This document shows, piece by piece, positions 31,961-42,205 of a stretch of 64,000 nt of DNA (positions are counted from its first letter, which is position 1; every line of letters starts with the position of its first letter). The notes under the pieces are model-generated. The model saw nothing but the letters and a program-made list of their open reading frames with translations, had not been told where the DNA came from and did no database searches. Both the position numbers and the translations under genes were made by a program. Source of the DNA: a bacterium (lineage in GTDB: Bacteria > Fidelibacterota > Fidelibacteria > Fidelibacterales > Fidelibacteraceae); the NCBI GenBank assembly GCA_963676395.1, contig OY781066.1, positions 1 to 64,000 on the forward strand, given 5' to 3'.

Positions 31961-32791
31961 ATGTCAAAATTCAACTTCGCACGGTTCCACCTACATACTT
32001 CAAAAGATTTAAGTGATAAAAATGCTTTCATTTTAAAAGGATTAAGTATAGAAGGGAAAAAGGAAGATAGAGGTCACCTTTACTCTTTTAGCAATATTAA
32101 ACAACAGAATGAAAACGGTGTCACATTTATTTTCGGTCAATTATTAAAGTATGACCCCCATTCTGACGAAGAAACATACGATGAATCTAAAAGTGTGATT
32201 ATAAACACTCAAATAAAAAACAGGGTTCTTGGAAAAGCTTCTTTTATTATCAATTCGGATAGTAGTATTATTGCATTTTCACCTGCACCAAATATAATTA
32301 CACAAGAAAGATTTATTAAAACCTTCAGGGATCTATTTAAAGAAAATCATGAAAACATGTTTACCGATATTTCATTATCATTGATTAAGGAGCAGTATAC
32401 CTTCATAGAAAAAGTAAGAACACTAAAAACAATAAAGAGAATTAAAATAACGCTCTATCCATCTAATCCAAATAATAGAGATCGTTGGAAAGACATTGAC
32501 GAAAGATTGCAAAAAAATGATATTACAAAATATACCGAAACACTTGAGAACAATAAAGATGAATCCGGAATAATCATTGATGATGAAACAGAAAATAAAT
32601 TTCTTATGTCAGAAGATGGATATGGTGATTGCATGGCTGTAGGCAGTGATGAAAATGATGGAGAGAAAAAAATAACCACAAAAGAAAAAAATCGAACAAT
32701 CACCTTTGATGTTGACAATGCCGAATCTTTATCCTTGTTAATAGAAATATTTCGAAGTAAAATTAAACAAATAACTGAAAGAATGAAATGA
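31961..32791 (+). CDS. DUF4747-like hypothetical protein
   Basis: 276-aa soluble ORF with 'IKRIKITLYPSNP' and 'SEDGYG' motifs recalled from DUF4747-type proteins; overlaps next gene (ATGA). Confidence 0.5.
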   Translation: MSKFNFARFHLHTSKDLSDKNAFILKGLSIEGKKEDRGHLYSFSNIKQQNENGVTFIFGQLLKYDPHSDEETYDESKSVIINTQIKNRVLGKASFIINSDSSIIAFSPAPNIITQERFIKTFRDLFKENHENMFTDISLSLIKEQYTFIEKVRTLKTIKRIKITLYPSNPNNRDRWKDIDERLQKNDITKYTETLENNKDESGIIIDDETENKFLMSEDGYGDCMAVGSDENDGEKKITTKEKNRTITFDVDNAESLSLLIEIFRSKIKQITERMK

Positions 32792-33303
32792 GATTAAAGG
32801 ATATCATAATAAGTTGGGACACTGGAATATCGTTGGTTCTATCTACTATTTTATTCTTTTTATTACCCAAAGATTTAAACATTAATTTTAGTATTTCATT
32901 TTTTAATATTGGAATAACAGTTCTATCAATCGTGTTTCCTTTGTTTTTTGCAGCATTAGCAATGATAATATCATCATCAGATAATGACTTTATTCTCTTT
33001 TTAGAAGAAGAGAATGATTTTACAGATCTAATTCAAACTTTTAAATTCACCCTATATTCTTTAATGATTAGTTTAATTTATGCCATTTCATTGTCAGTCA
33101 TTTCAAATTATGGACTCCTCCAAATTGAATGTAAAAAAAACGAAATTATATATCAGAACAAATGGTTTTTTGTTATTTTTGTTTTTCTTTTTACTTATAG
33201 TTTCTTCGCAACAATTCTAAGTATTAAAGATATTATTATGTATTCTCAAATGAGAAATAAATTTCTTTCAAAGAATAATAGTAAAAAAGATTCCCAATCA
33301 TAA
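32788..33303 (+). CDS. 4-TM membrane protein translationally coupled to the DUF4747-like gene
   Basis: Four hydrophobic segments; ATGA overlap. Confidence 0.7.
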   Translation: MRLKDIIISWDTGISLVLSTILFFLLPKDLNINFSISFFNIGITVLSIVFPLFFAALAMIISSSDNDFILFLEEENDFTDLIQTFKFTLYSLMISLIYAISLSVISNYGLLQIECKKNEIIYQNKWFFVIFVFLFTYSFFATILSIKDIIMYSQMRNKFLSKNNSKKDSQS

Positions 33304-33355
33304 TTTTATCATCAAATTCTCAAGAAATTGAAGGACAGATTTTTTATCTTCTTTC

Positions 33356-33661
33356 ATGTCGTCATTAAAACCATATCCAAGATCCAAGAAACAACCTGCC
33401 TGGCTATTCCAGTATACCGATCTTATAACCGGCAAATGGACTCAACGGGTTCTCCATTGCAGCAGAGAACAAGCTAATGGATATAAAAAATCCTTTGATG
33501 CTGACTACAACTATTTGAAGATGCATCCGGATGAAATTGAGATGAACCCGACAGACTACACCATCAAATATGCAACAGTAAGGTTTATCAAAACAAAAGC
33601 CGTTGATAAAGCTCATACTACATTCAAACGCTATCATAATGTACTTGATCATCTTATTTAA
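33356..33661 (+). pseudogene. Truncated tyrosine integrase (arm-binding and start of core-binding domain only)
   Basis: W.FQY.D..TGK...R and T...A...F......A.TT.KRY...L; no catalytic domain; points toward the tRNA 3' end. Confidence 0.65.
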
Positions 33662-33676
33662 ACACTTCCTAAAAAC

Positions 33677-33730
33677 TGTCATTATTTTGTCATTATTTTT
33701 TAGCGGGAAATGTCGCTTTTTGTCGTGGTA
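33677..33730 (+). repeat. Arm-type integrase-binding-like direct repeats
   Basis: TGTCATTATTT twice in tandem (33677-33698), then TGTCGCTTTT/TGTCGTGGTA (33711-33730). Confidence 0.6.
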
Positions 33731-33736
33731 TAAGCA

Positions 33737-33763
33737 AAGAGACCCACTCTAACAGGGTCTCTT
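33737..33763 (-). terminator. Terminator downstream of the tRNA pair
   Basis: AAGAGACCC...GGGTCTCTT inverted repeat. Confidence 0.65.
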
Positions 33764-33814
33764 CGAATGACTTATAGTCTTGTTTCCGCCTGTGTTTAAC
33801 AGGTCTTTGGAGTG

Positions 33815-33888
<74 letters not shown>

Positions 33889-33950
33889 AAATACCACAAA
33901 TCACTCCATTAGCTTCGTCAAGATAACTTCATGATTTGCATGGTATTCTG

Positions 33951-34024
33951 TGGGTAGTACAAGATTCGAACTTGTGACCTCCTGCGTGTCGAGCAGGCGC
34001 TCTAACCAGCTGAGCTAACCACCC
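33951..34024 (-). tRNA. tRNA-Val (GAC); CCA not encoded
   Basis: GGGTGGTTAGCTCAGCTGGTTAGAGCGCCTGC-TCGACAC-GCAGG...GTTCGAATC; A73; short variable loop. Confidence 0.9.
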
Positions 34025-34148
34025 ATTGTAAAAAAGCCATGAAATGTAAATGAATTATCAGGGATTATCAATAGATTTTTTTATTAATATCAAGATTGTA
34101 AATGTGCTAATGACTTAAAAGCTCTCCACATGATCAAAAACATCTATA

Positions 34149-35561
34149 TCACCAAAGTAAAACCTCTTTTACCGGGAAAACCACCTCCAAATTATGCTCC
34201 TGCAATCCTCTCCAAAGATCCAAATATCTAAAGTTATCGTAGGCTTTACCAGTAAGATATAAAAAGGTAAAACGCCCTTTATAATGCTCCCCCCTATCAA
34301 TTCGATTATTCAGTAAAGCGGAATAAATATAATTGACAAGATCACCCGGTCTGCGTCCGTATTTATCAGTGATATTCCATGCGTCATAGTCTTTTTCATT
34401 AAGCACTGTTGCTATCACGGATAAATAGTCAGCATGAATCAATATATCGTTTACAAGCATCATATTTGCTGGCGTTTTATAAAATGCTGCGTTAGCCGAC
34501 AGAATATATGGAATGGTGATCTGTTCATAATAATCCCAACATGACTTTAACAGTAAATCATCGTCTAAATAATCGGATATAATGACCATTTGAGCAAGCC
34601 ACGCCATCCCATAAATATTCTTTTTAGCTCTCATACTAACACCAAATTTATCATAGATCAGAAATTTACTGTACTCTTTCAGCCAATATGTCAGTTCTTC
34701 CTTTTCGGCATTATTGAAAAATTTGCTCAGGACTTTAGCCGACCTGACAATCTCAATCAGGGGAGCCGCTTCATAAATTCCGGTAAATCTTCCCGTATTC
34801 CTATTAGGTATTGTTTGTGCATGGCGCATATGTGGAGACATACGCGTTTCTTTATCAATAAACCATGCTTTTATATGATCTACCGCTTTATTAGCGTAAA
34901 GCTTATTGTCTGTTATCAAATATAAGCTTGTCAAGCTTGAAATAATATCGCCAGTCTTGATCAATATGTTTTTATGATCAAGAAAAGCTTGAGGATTCTT
35001 TTTGTTTTCACTGATTCGATATGGATCATTCGGCTTACCGGGAACAGGCCACCAGCTTTGCCCCTCAGAATAATAATCGTTTACTTTTCCGGGAGACCTA
35101 TCGCTAATAAATTCTTCCAAAACGATAACATCTTCTTCTAAGTAACTTTCTGCCTTTGACATTAAACGCCTATCTTCGATTTTAACAATATCGATCTCTT
35201 TGTTAATAGTAAATGAAATGGGAATAGCTACGCGAACCGGCGATTTTACTCCATTAAGATAATAAGGATAAAAACGTTGTTGTTTCAATGCGGCTATAGC
35301 GGCGTCATTCAAGTAATCATTACCCTGTAAAACCTCGCAATCTATAACATTGCCAGCGGTGTCGACATACGCCATTAACAAAATTTGGCCTTCAATACCT
35401 TTTCGAAGGGCAAAATCAGGATAAATGATGGCATCAAGCAGAGCTTCTTTACCACCGATCATCTGTAGTTTGTAGTCATTCTCAGATATTTGAGGAGCGG
35501 TTGTAGCGCAGGATAAGAGGAACAATAAGGATATAAACATACAAAGGATGAGTTTTTTCAT
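34149..35561 (-). CDS. Lipoprotein: TonB C-terminal domain fused to an alginate-lyase-fold domain
   Basis: Lipobox LLSC; YPDFALRKGIEGQI...VDTAGNV...IPISF; SPG..NDYYSEG..WWP, WFIDKETRMSPHMRHAQ. Confidence 0.8.
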   Translation of the reverse strand: MKKLILCMFISLLFLLSCATTAPQISENDYKLQMIGGKEALLDAIIYPDFALRKGIEGQILLMAYVDTAGNVIDCEVLQGNDYLNDAAIAALKQQRFYPYYLNGVKSPVRVAIPISFTINKEIDIVKIEDRRLMSKAESYLEEDVIVLEEFISDRSPGKVNDYYSEGQSWWPVPGKPNDPYRISENKKNPQAFLDHKNILIKTGDIISSLTSLYLITDNKLYANKAVDHIKAWFIDKETRMSPHMRHAQTIPNRNTGRFTGIYEAAPLIEIVRSAKVLSKFFNNAEKEELTYWLKEYSKFLIYDKFGVSMRAKKNIYGMAWLAQMVIISDYLDDDLLLKSCWDYYEQITIPYILSANAAFYKTPANMMLVNDILIHADYLSVIATVLNEKDYDAWNITDKYGRRPGDLVNYIYSALLNNRIDRGEHYKGRFTFLYLTGKAYDNFRYLDLWRGLQEHNLEVVFPVKEVLLW

Positions 35562-35715
35562 TTTTCTCTCCTTTTTCTTGTTTGTTTAATTTTAGGGGAA
35601 ATAATCACATATTTCAAGAATAAATTTCCATATTAGTATTTAAAGACGTCAAATTTTGCCTCTATACAATTCCTTTTTTCTTTTCACTGTTTACTTTTTC
35701 CTTTATCTTAGACAC

Positions 35716-37146
35716 ATGAATAATGACAATAAACAAATTCGCGTCCGATTTGCTCCCTCACCTACCGGACATTTGCACATCGGAGGGGTTAGAACAGCGC
35801 TTTTCAATTATTTATATGCTCGACAAAGAAACGGCGTATTCTGTCTTCGCATCGAAGATACCGATAAAGAAAGATCAACGGAAGAAAACATGAATGAGAT
35901 CCTAAGCGCTCTTGAATGGCTGGGATTGTCTGCCGATGAAACACCTGTGATCCAATCTCAGCATGCTGAAGCTCATTTGGACGCCGCTCAAGACCTTCTT
36001 GCAAGAAATAAAGCCTACCGTTGTTTTTGTTCAAAAGAAGAACTTGACGCCGATAAAGCAAAATGTGAAGCCGAAAAACAAGCATATCGATACAGTGGTC
36101 GTTGCAAACACCTGAGTCCGGAAGAAATTCAATCAAAATTGGATGCCGGTCTCCCCTATACGGTAAGGTTTCGGGTACCCGAAGGCGTAACACGCTTTAA
36201 AGATATGGTGTATAAAGATATTGCTGTAAATAACGAAGAAATTGACGACTTCATTATTATCCGATCAGATGGTAGCCCTATCTATCAACTCTCAGTTGTT
36301 GTGGATGATGCAAACATGAATATCACGCATGTTATTCGCGGTGAAGATCACCTATCAAACACACCAAAGCAAATCTTGCTGTATTTAGCCTTAGATAAGA
36401 AAGTACCAAAATTCGGACATTTACCTCTAATTCTTGCAAGTGACGGAAAACGCTTATCAAAACGGCATGGAGCCACCTCTGTTGACGAATTTAAAGAGAT
36501 GGGATTCCTGCCTGAGGGCTTACTTAACGGCCTTGCACTACTTGGTTGGGGTGACGTCACGAAACCCATATTTAAGCTTACAGAGCTTGAAAAGCGCTTT
36601 GATATAAGCAAAGTAAACAAAAAAGGCGCTATTTTTGATCTTGATAAACTAGGTTGGATAAATGGTAAGCATCTTTCACGTTGTGATGCGAAAGATATAT
36701 GGCCTTTTGTTAAAGAGCTTTGGTTAAAAGAAAAGTGGATCGACGGGAGTTTCCCTGAGTCTACAGGTATTGAATATACCAAGCTTTTAAAAGCAAGAAT
36801 GCGTTTATTGCAAGAATTTGTGGCATACGGTGAATATCTGTTCAAAGATCCGGTCACATATGATAAAGCAGCAGTAGAAAAACATTTAATAAGTAAGGAC
36901 AGTAAATTACATATTAAAGCTTTAATAGCCGATTTTGAAAATTGCAATATGTTTAGTCTGGAGAATAGTGAAAATACTCTTCGAAATACTGCTGAAAAAT
37001 TAGACATTAAAGCAGCTGATTTAATCCATCCCTTGCGTATTGCCGTAACCGGTTTTGGTGTAAGTCCCGGTATTTTCGAGATTTGTGTTATTCTTGGTAA
37101 AGATGTGGTAATCAGACGTTTAAACAATTTAATAACATTTTTATAA
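35716..37146 (+). CDS. gltX: Glutamate--tRNA ligase
   Basis: RFAPSPTGHLHIGG, LRIEDTD, HVIRGEDH, RLSKR. Confidence 0.97.
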   Translation: MNNDNKQIRVRFAPSPTGHLHIGGVRTALFNYLYARQRNGVFCLRIEDTDKERSTEENMNEILSALEWLGLSADETPVIQSQHAEAHLDAAQDLLARNKAYRCFCSKEELDADKAKCEAEKQAYRYSGRCKHLSPEEIQSKLDAGLPYTVRFRVPEGVTRFKDMVYKDIAVNNEEIDDFIIIRSDGSPIYQLSVVVDDANMNITHVIRGEDHLSNTPKQILLYLALDKKVPKFGHLPLILASDGKRLSKRHGATSVDEFKEMGFLPEGLLNGLALLGWGDVTKPIFKLTELEKRFDISKVNKKGAIFDLDKLGWINGKHLSRCDAKDIWPFVKELWLKEKWIDGSFPESTGIEYTKLLKARMRLLQEFVAYGEYLFKDPVTYDKAAVEKHLISKDSKLHIKALIADFENCNMFSLENSENTLRNTAEKLDIKAADLIHPLRIAVTGFGVSPGIFEICVILGKDVVIRRLNNLITFL

Positions 37147-37168
37147 TATTTTTTAGCAATTAGAAAAA

Positions 37169-37184
37169 TGTGACCTAGGTCACA
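37169..37184. promoter_or_regulatory. CRP/FNR-family operator-like palindrome
   Basis: TGTGA-CCTAGG-TCACA, preceded by AA. Confidence 0.6.
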
Positions 37185-37252
37185 CATTAAATTTCGCCCT
37201 CGACAAGCCCCTTTATTTATTGTATTTTTAATCAAAATTGAGGGGCGACGAA

Positions 37253-38335
37253 ATGAAAGGGACGATCATTTTCTTCATGTGCGTTTGCGCACTTTTTGCT
37301 CATGCTTTACCTATAGCTTGGATCAACGAGATCCACTATGAGAACATTGGCACCGATAAAAACGAATTCGTAGAGGTTGTGGTATTAAATCCTGAGGATT
37401 ACTACCTGGATGACCTCGCTTTATACCTTGTAAACGGATACAATGGTGTATGTTATTCGCTTGATACTGTTCAAGAATTTGAATTGGGAGAACGCGTAGG
37501 CAATTATCAATTTTATATTTGGTATAAACGGGGATTGCAAAATGATACGGAAGGCATGCATCTTGTTTTTCGAGATACAACTTTAGATATCATAGCCTAC
37601 GAAGGATCGTTTACGGGCTGTAGTGAACCTTCGACCGGATTAGTTTTTCCCGATATCTGTGTTTGTGAAAATAACGCCTCCCCCGATACGTGCTCGGTTT
37701 ACAGATGTGCTGGGCGCGATTCGGAATGGATGTTTGGTGTTGCTACACCCGGTTCTTGTAATGTGGGACAAAATTTTAATGAACGCAGTTCTAAATTAAT
37801 TCTAAATGAATTTAAAATTAAATTGATCGATACTGATCCATTGATCATTTGGTCTTGTAGTCAGGAAGATGATATTTGCAAATATAAATTGTATAAAAAC
37901 AGACATTTGATCTATGAAGTTGAAAAATCTTTCAATAATGACCAAAATACTTATCATTACCATGATCATGCAAAATTTAAAATAAACAACAGCGAATACA
38001 TTCTTTCACAACTTCATCTTAACGGTAATGAGACCTTTCTTGACACACTCATTTGCTCATTACCCACTCACAGGGATATTGGGTTGGGAATTCCCTTTCC
38101 CAACCCTTTTAATCCCATTATTTCTTTACCTTATACGCTTGAAAACACCGGAGATATTGATATTTCAGTCAATGATCTCTTCGGAAAACAAGTGTATCAT
38201 ATACATAAGCATATTCATGCTAAAGGTGCATATTTACATCAAATTGATATGAGCGATTTTGCAAGTGGAGAGTATATTCTACAATTTAAAAAAGATCAGA
38301 AGGTCATTAGCCATAAAATATCACTTATAAAGTAG
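37253..38335 (+). CDS. Secreted lamin-tail-like domain protein with T9SS-type C-terminal domain
   Basis: WINEIHYEN.GTD.NEFVEV, GLQN, ATPG; PFPNPFNP. Confidence 0.75.
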   Translation: MKGTIIFFMCVCALFAHALPIAWINEIHYENIGTDKNEFVEVVVLNPEDYYLDDLALYLVNGYNGVCYSLDTVQEFELGERVGNYQFYIWYKRGLQNDTEGMHLVFRDTTLDIIAYEGSFTGCSEPSTGLVFPDICVCENNASPDTCSVYRCAGRDSEWMFGVATPGSCNVGQNFNERSSKLILNEFKIKLIDTDPLIIWSCSQEDDICKYKLYKNRHLIYEVEKSFNNDQNTYHYHDHAKFKINNSEYILSQLHLNGNETFLDTLICSLPTHRDIGLGIPFPNPFNPIISLPYTLENTGDIDISVNDLFGKQVYHIHKHIHAKGAYLHQIDMSDFASGEYILQFKKDQKVISHKISLIK

Positions 38336-38515
38336 CTCTTAGCTCATAAAAAAGTCGATAAAATTAAACGCGGTTAAATGAAAGACAACAGTATTTTGAT
38401 TTTCTCCGCTTCTGGAATACACAACTCATTTTATCTCACTATATATCATTTGATTATTCCTTAATCGATTTATCATTATACTTCCACTTTTTCATTGGAA
38501 CACTTATATTTAAAG

Positions 38516-39811
38516 ATGAGAAAAAAACGCTTTTATATCGAAACATATGGATGCCAAATGAATGAGTATGATTCTGAGTTACTCTCTGGTATCCTGCAAG
38601 ATCACGAATACGAACTATGCGCTTCTGCCGAAGAAGCCGATGTAATTCTATTGAATACGTGTTCGGTACGGGATCACGCTGAACAAAAGATCCATTCAAG
38701 ATTAGGTGAGTTAAAACATATTAAAGACCGCAAACCCGAATTAAAGCTTGGTGTTGTAGGATGTATGGCTCAAAATCTTAAGAAAGATCTGATCAAAAAT
38801 AAACCCTACGTTAATGTTATCCTTGGTCCCGATTCATATCGAAATATTTTCGATATTCTTGGAGCTGAGGAAAAACATACGATAGACACAAAACTTTCAA
38901 AATATGAAGTGTATGACGGCTTATTTCCAGCCCGCCGTGAGGGTATCAATGCCTGGATTTCCATTATGCGCGGTTGTAATAAATTTTGCACCTATTGTAT
39001 TGTCCCTTATACACGTGGTCGTGAAAGAAGCCGTAGTATAGAAAGTATTGTGGAAGAAGCAAAGCGATGCGTTAGCGATGGTTTTGTAGAAATCACATTA
39101 TTAGGGCAAAACGTTAATTCTTTTGACCATAACAATCGCAAATTTCCCAAATTATTAGAGGCTATGGCAAAAATTGATGGTTTAAAACGCTTGCGCTATA
39201 CCTCACCTCATCCTCAGGATGTTGATGAGGATCTTCTTCGTGTACATGCAGATTACAAACCTTTAATAGCCAATCATATTCATCTACCTCTGCAAGCCGG
39301 CTCAGATTCGGTTTTAAAAGCAATGAATAGAACGTATTCCCAAGAACACTATTTAAAGCTGGTCGATATGATCAGAAAATTCGTTCCCGATATGGGAATT
39401 ACCACTGATATTATTGTCGGTTTCCCGGGAGAAACCGAAGCCGATTACAGAGAAACACTTAAAGTAATGGAATATGTTAAATACGATTCGGCTTATACCT
39501 TTAAGTATTCACCCAGACCCTATACAAAAGCGTATAAAATGGAAGATGATGTAAGTGAAGCGGAAAAATCTGCTCGTTTAACAGAACTGATCAATTTACA
39601 AAAAGCACATACTTTAGAACGATATAAAGCAATGATTGGTAAAGAGGTCGATGTTTTGGTAGAGACACGAAGTAAAAAGCGAGCTGATGAGATGCGTGGT
39701 AGAACAGCGTGCAACAAAATAGTTATCTTTCCAAAAGAAGATCATAAACCCAAAGATCTTATAAAGCTTAAGATCAATGATGCCCAAGGTGTGACACTTT
39801 TTTCAAAGTAA
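38516..39811 (+). CDS. miaB: tRNA-2-methylthio-N6-dimethylallyladenosine synthase
   Basis: TYGCQMNEYDS, NTCSVR, GCNKFCTYCIVP, TRAM domain. Confidence 0.96.
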   Translation: MRKKRFYIETYGCQMNEYDSELLSGILQDHEYELCASAEEADVILLNTCSVRDHAEQKIHSRLGELKHIKDRKPELKLGVVGCMAQNLKKDLIKNKPYVNVILGPDSYRNIFDILGAEEKHTIDTKLSKYEVYDGLFPARREGINAWISIMRGCNKFCTYCIVPYTRGRERSRSIESIVEEAKRCVSDGFVEITLLGQNVNSFDHNNRKFPKLLEAMAKIDGLKRLRYTSPHPQDVDEDLLRVHADYKPLIANHIHLPLQAGSDSVLKAMNRTYSQEHYLKLVDMIRKFVPDMGITTDIIVGFPGETEADYRETLKVMEYVKYDSAYTFKYSPRPYTKAYKMEDDVSEAEKSARLTELINLQKAHTLERYKAMIGKEVDVLVETRSKKRADEMRGRTACNKIVIFPKEDHKPKDLIKLKINDAQGVTLFSK

Positions 39812-39817
39812 AATTTT

Positions 39818-40711
39818 ATGGTAGTCAGAATCTATAGAAAAAAATACGACTTGGCTTTTCGCCACATGGCAACTCAGGAATTTCAGCATCAAAGTCAGTT
39901 TTCACTGACAGAAGATGATATTGTCAGTGATGGTGTTTTTAATCATAAAAAATCACTTTTTCTCGGTGTTTATTCCACATCAGTGATTGAAGGTATGATC
40001 GTTAAATATAAGGTGCGGGAATATTTTGCTAAAAAAGGGATACATAATCTCTCCTGGCATATTAATATGAACGACCCCTATGTTCACAGATTTGTGTTAA
40101 TGACAGAAAATGAGAGCGGAAAGCATAAACTGATTGAGTTGGTTTTGCAAAGAAAAAACTTAAAGTTGCCTTTAGAAAAAGGCAATTATATGAATTTGGA
40201 GTTTCTTCATGTAGAGTGGTTAATGATGCAAAATCCCTATAAAGCCTTTGCCACAAACAGGCCTCCCCTTCCTGGGCAAAAAGCACCCGGATTAGGCGTT
40301 GGTTTACATATGCTGCAAATTCTATTCCATCTTGCTAAAAAAGCAAATACCCATGGACTGATTAATTCACCAAATTACTTGCACACGGCAATCTTCTTTT
40401 CCCGCGCCTTTCATTTTCTCGATCCTAAGGTTGAAGCTTTTATGCAAGTCATTAAATATCAAAAACTTCCACACTATAATCCCTACACTCTCTCCTGGGC
40501 AGATGAATATGGCGCCTTGCAACATAAACGAAGTTCTCGCTCGGTAACTTGGCGTCCTTCGACCATGGTAGCCCCCATTACACCCGAAGCCAAGCGTTAT
40601 TTTTATTCCAGATACTATCGTTTACAAGTCAGAAAAACCCGTCAAAAACTCAAACTGCACGTCAATATGAAAAAATTAACAAAGAAATTGAGAGAAAACG
40701 GACAAATCTAA
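39818..40711 (+). CDS. Hypothetical protein resembling the C-terminal domain of deltaproteobacterial deacetylase fusions
   Basis: EWLMMQNP...RPPLPGQKAPGLG motif; family recalled from memory. Confidence 0.55.
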   Translation: MVVRIYRKKYDLAFRHMATQEFQHQSQFSLTEDDIVSDGVFNHKKSLFLGVYSTSVIEGMIVKYKVREYFAKKGIHNLSWHINMNDPYVHRFVLMTENESGKHKLIELVLQRKNLKLPLEKGNYMNLEFLHVEWLMMQNPYKAFATNRPPLPGQKAPGLGVGLHMLQILFHLAKKANTHGLINSPNYLHTAIFFSRAFHFLDPKVEAFMQVIKYQKLPHYNPYTLSWADEYGALQHKRSSRSVTWRPSTMVAPITPEAKRYFYSRYYRLQVRKTRQKLKLHVNMKKLTKKLRENGQI

Positions 40712-40926
40712 TCATTAATTGCAAAGACGATATAATGGTTTTATTGCATGAGACAGTTATGTTTATCTTCCATAAAGTAAAACGAATTAATTAATAAACG
40801 ACATTTCGATAATTATCCTATATCATTTGATTATCAGCAAATTATTTTTGTTTTTTATTGAATTTTATTTGATTTCTGATGTTATTTTGGATATATTTCT
40901 TGCCATTAAAAATGAGGAGAAATAAA

Positions 40927-42108
40927 ATGGACAAAAAGAAAATCATCCTGGCTTACAGTGGCGGTTTAGATACCACCTGTGCCATCCCATGGTTGAAAGA
41001 GAACGGATACGATGAGGTGATCTGTTTTTCAGCTAATTTGGGCAGCGAATTCTCACCGGAGGACCTTAAAGAAAGGGGCATTCAGACGGGGGCTTCTCAA
41101 GTCATCGTCAAAGATCTCCGAGAGGAATTAGCGCGAGATTTTCTTATTCCGGGTTTAAAAGCTAACTTAATTTATGAAGGTAAATATTTATTGGCAACAG
41201 CCTATGGTCGTCCTCTTATCGCCAAATATCTTGTGGATTGTGCTCACGAAATGGGCGTTGATACTGTAGGGCACGGTTGCTCTGCAAAAGGAAACGATCA
41301 GGTAAGGCTTGATGTAACCGTCAAAATGCTTGATTCAAATCTTAAAATTGTTGCTCCATTACGTTATTGGGAGTTATCTTCCCGTGAATCTGAAATTGAA
41401 TATGCGGAAAAAAAAAATCTTCCTATTAAGCTGACAAAAGAAAAAATTTACAGTATAGATCAAAACATTTGGGGTATTGCCGTTGAATGTGGCGCATTGG
41501 AAGATCTAAGAAATTCAACTCCCGAAGATTCATATGTTATGTGTAATCGTCTAGAAGACACACCCGATGAAGCTGAATATGTCACCATCGAGTTCGAAAA
41601 AGGTGTTCCTATCGCCATGAATGGTAAAAATATGGAATTCCTTGATATGATCGAAGAATTAAATGAAATTGCCGGTAAGCATGGTATTGGTCGTACCGAT
41701 CTTGTAGAAGATCGTATCGTTGGTATTAAATCACGCGAAATCTACGAAGCACCGGCAGGTTGGACCTTAATCCAAGCTCACAAAGAACTTGAAGCTGTTG
41801 TTCTTGATAGAGAAACACTTGCATTTAAAGAACAAATTGCTCTTAAATATGCTCAAATGTTATATCAGGGCTTGTGGTATACTCGCCTTCGCGAAAGTTT
41901 GGCTGCATTTGTCGATAAAACACAAGAACATGTCACCGGTAAAGTTACCATGAAGATGTATAAAGGCAATTTGGTTGTCACTTCGCGCGAAACCCCCTAC
42001 TCTATGTATAGAATGAGTATGGCTACCTACGGTGATGAAGACGAATATGTACGCGAAAATGCTGAAGCATTTATTGATCTATTCGCAATGCCCTTCCTTG
42101 AAAAATAA
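40927..42108 (+). CDS. argG: Argininosuccinate synthase
   Basis: LAYSGGLDT, HGCSAKGNDQVR, GIKSREIYEAP. Confidence 0.97.
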   Translation: MDKKKIILAYSGGLDTTCAIPWLKENGYDEVICFSANLGSEFSPEDLKERGIQTGASQVIVKDLREELARDFLIPGLKANLIYEGKYLLATAYGRPLIAKYLVDCAHEMGVDTVGHGCSAKGNDQVRLDVTVKMLDSNLKIVAPLRYWELSSRESEIEYAEKKNLPIKLTKEKIYSIDQNIWGIAVECGALEDLRNSTPEDSYVMCNRLEDTPDEAEYVTIEFEKGVPIAMNGKNMEFLDMIEELNEIAGKHGIGRTDLVEDRIVGIKSREIYEAPAGWTLIQAHKELEAVVLDRETLAFKEQIALKYAQMLYQGLWYTRLRESLAAFVDKTQEHVTGKVTMKMYKGNLVVTSRETPYSMYRMSMATYGDEDEYVRENAEAFIDLFAMPFLEK

Positions 42109-42205
42109 TTAGGGTTTTGAATAACATAAAATAAGAAAAGGGCAAAGTAATTTTTGCCTTTTTCTTTTTAGAATGGTACTTTTACCATCATACAAAGGAG
42201 CTATC

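Noticed and set aside
33890..33947. Hairpin in the tRNA spacer as a separate ncRNA
   Set aside because: Adequately explained as a precursor-processing stem between two tRNAs
36348..37235. 295-aa antisense ORF
   Set aside because: Shadow of gltX on the opposite strand; no recognisable motifs
40840..40880. ArgR box upstream of argG
   Set aside because: Only a weak TGAATT match in very AT-rich DNA
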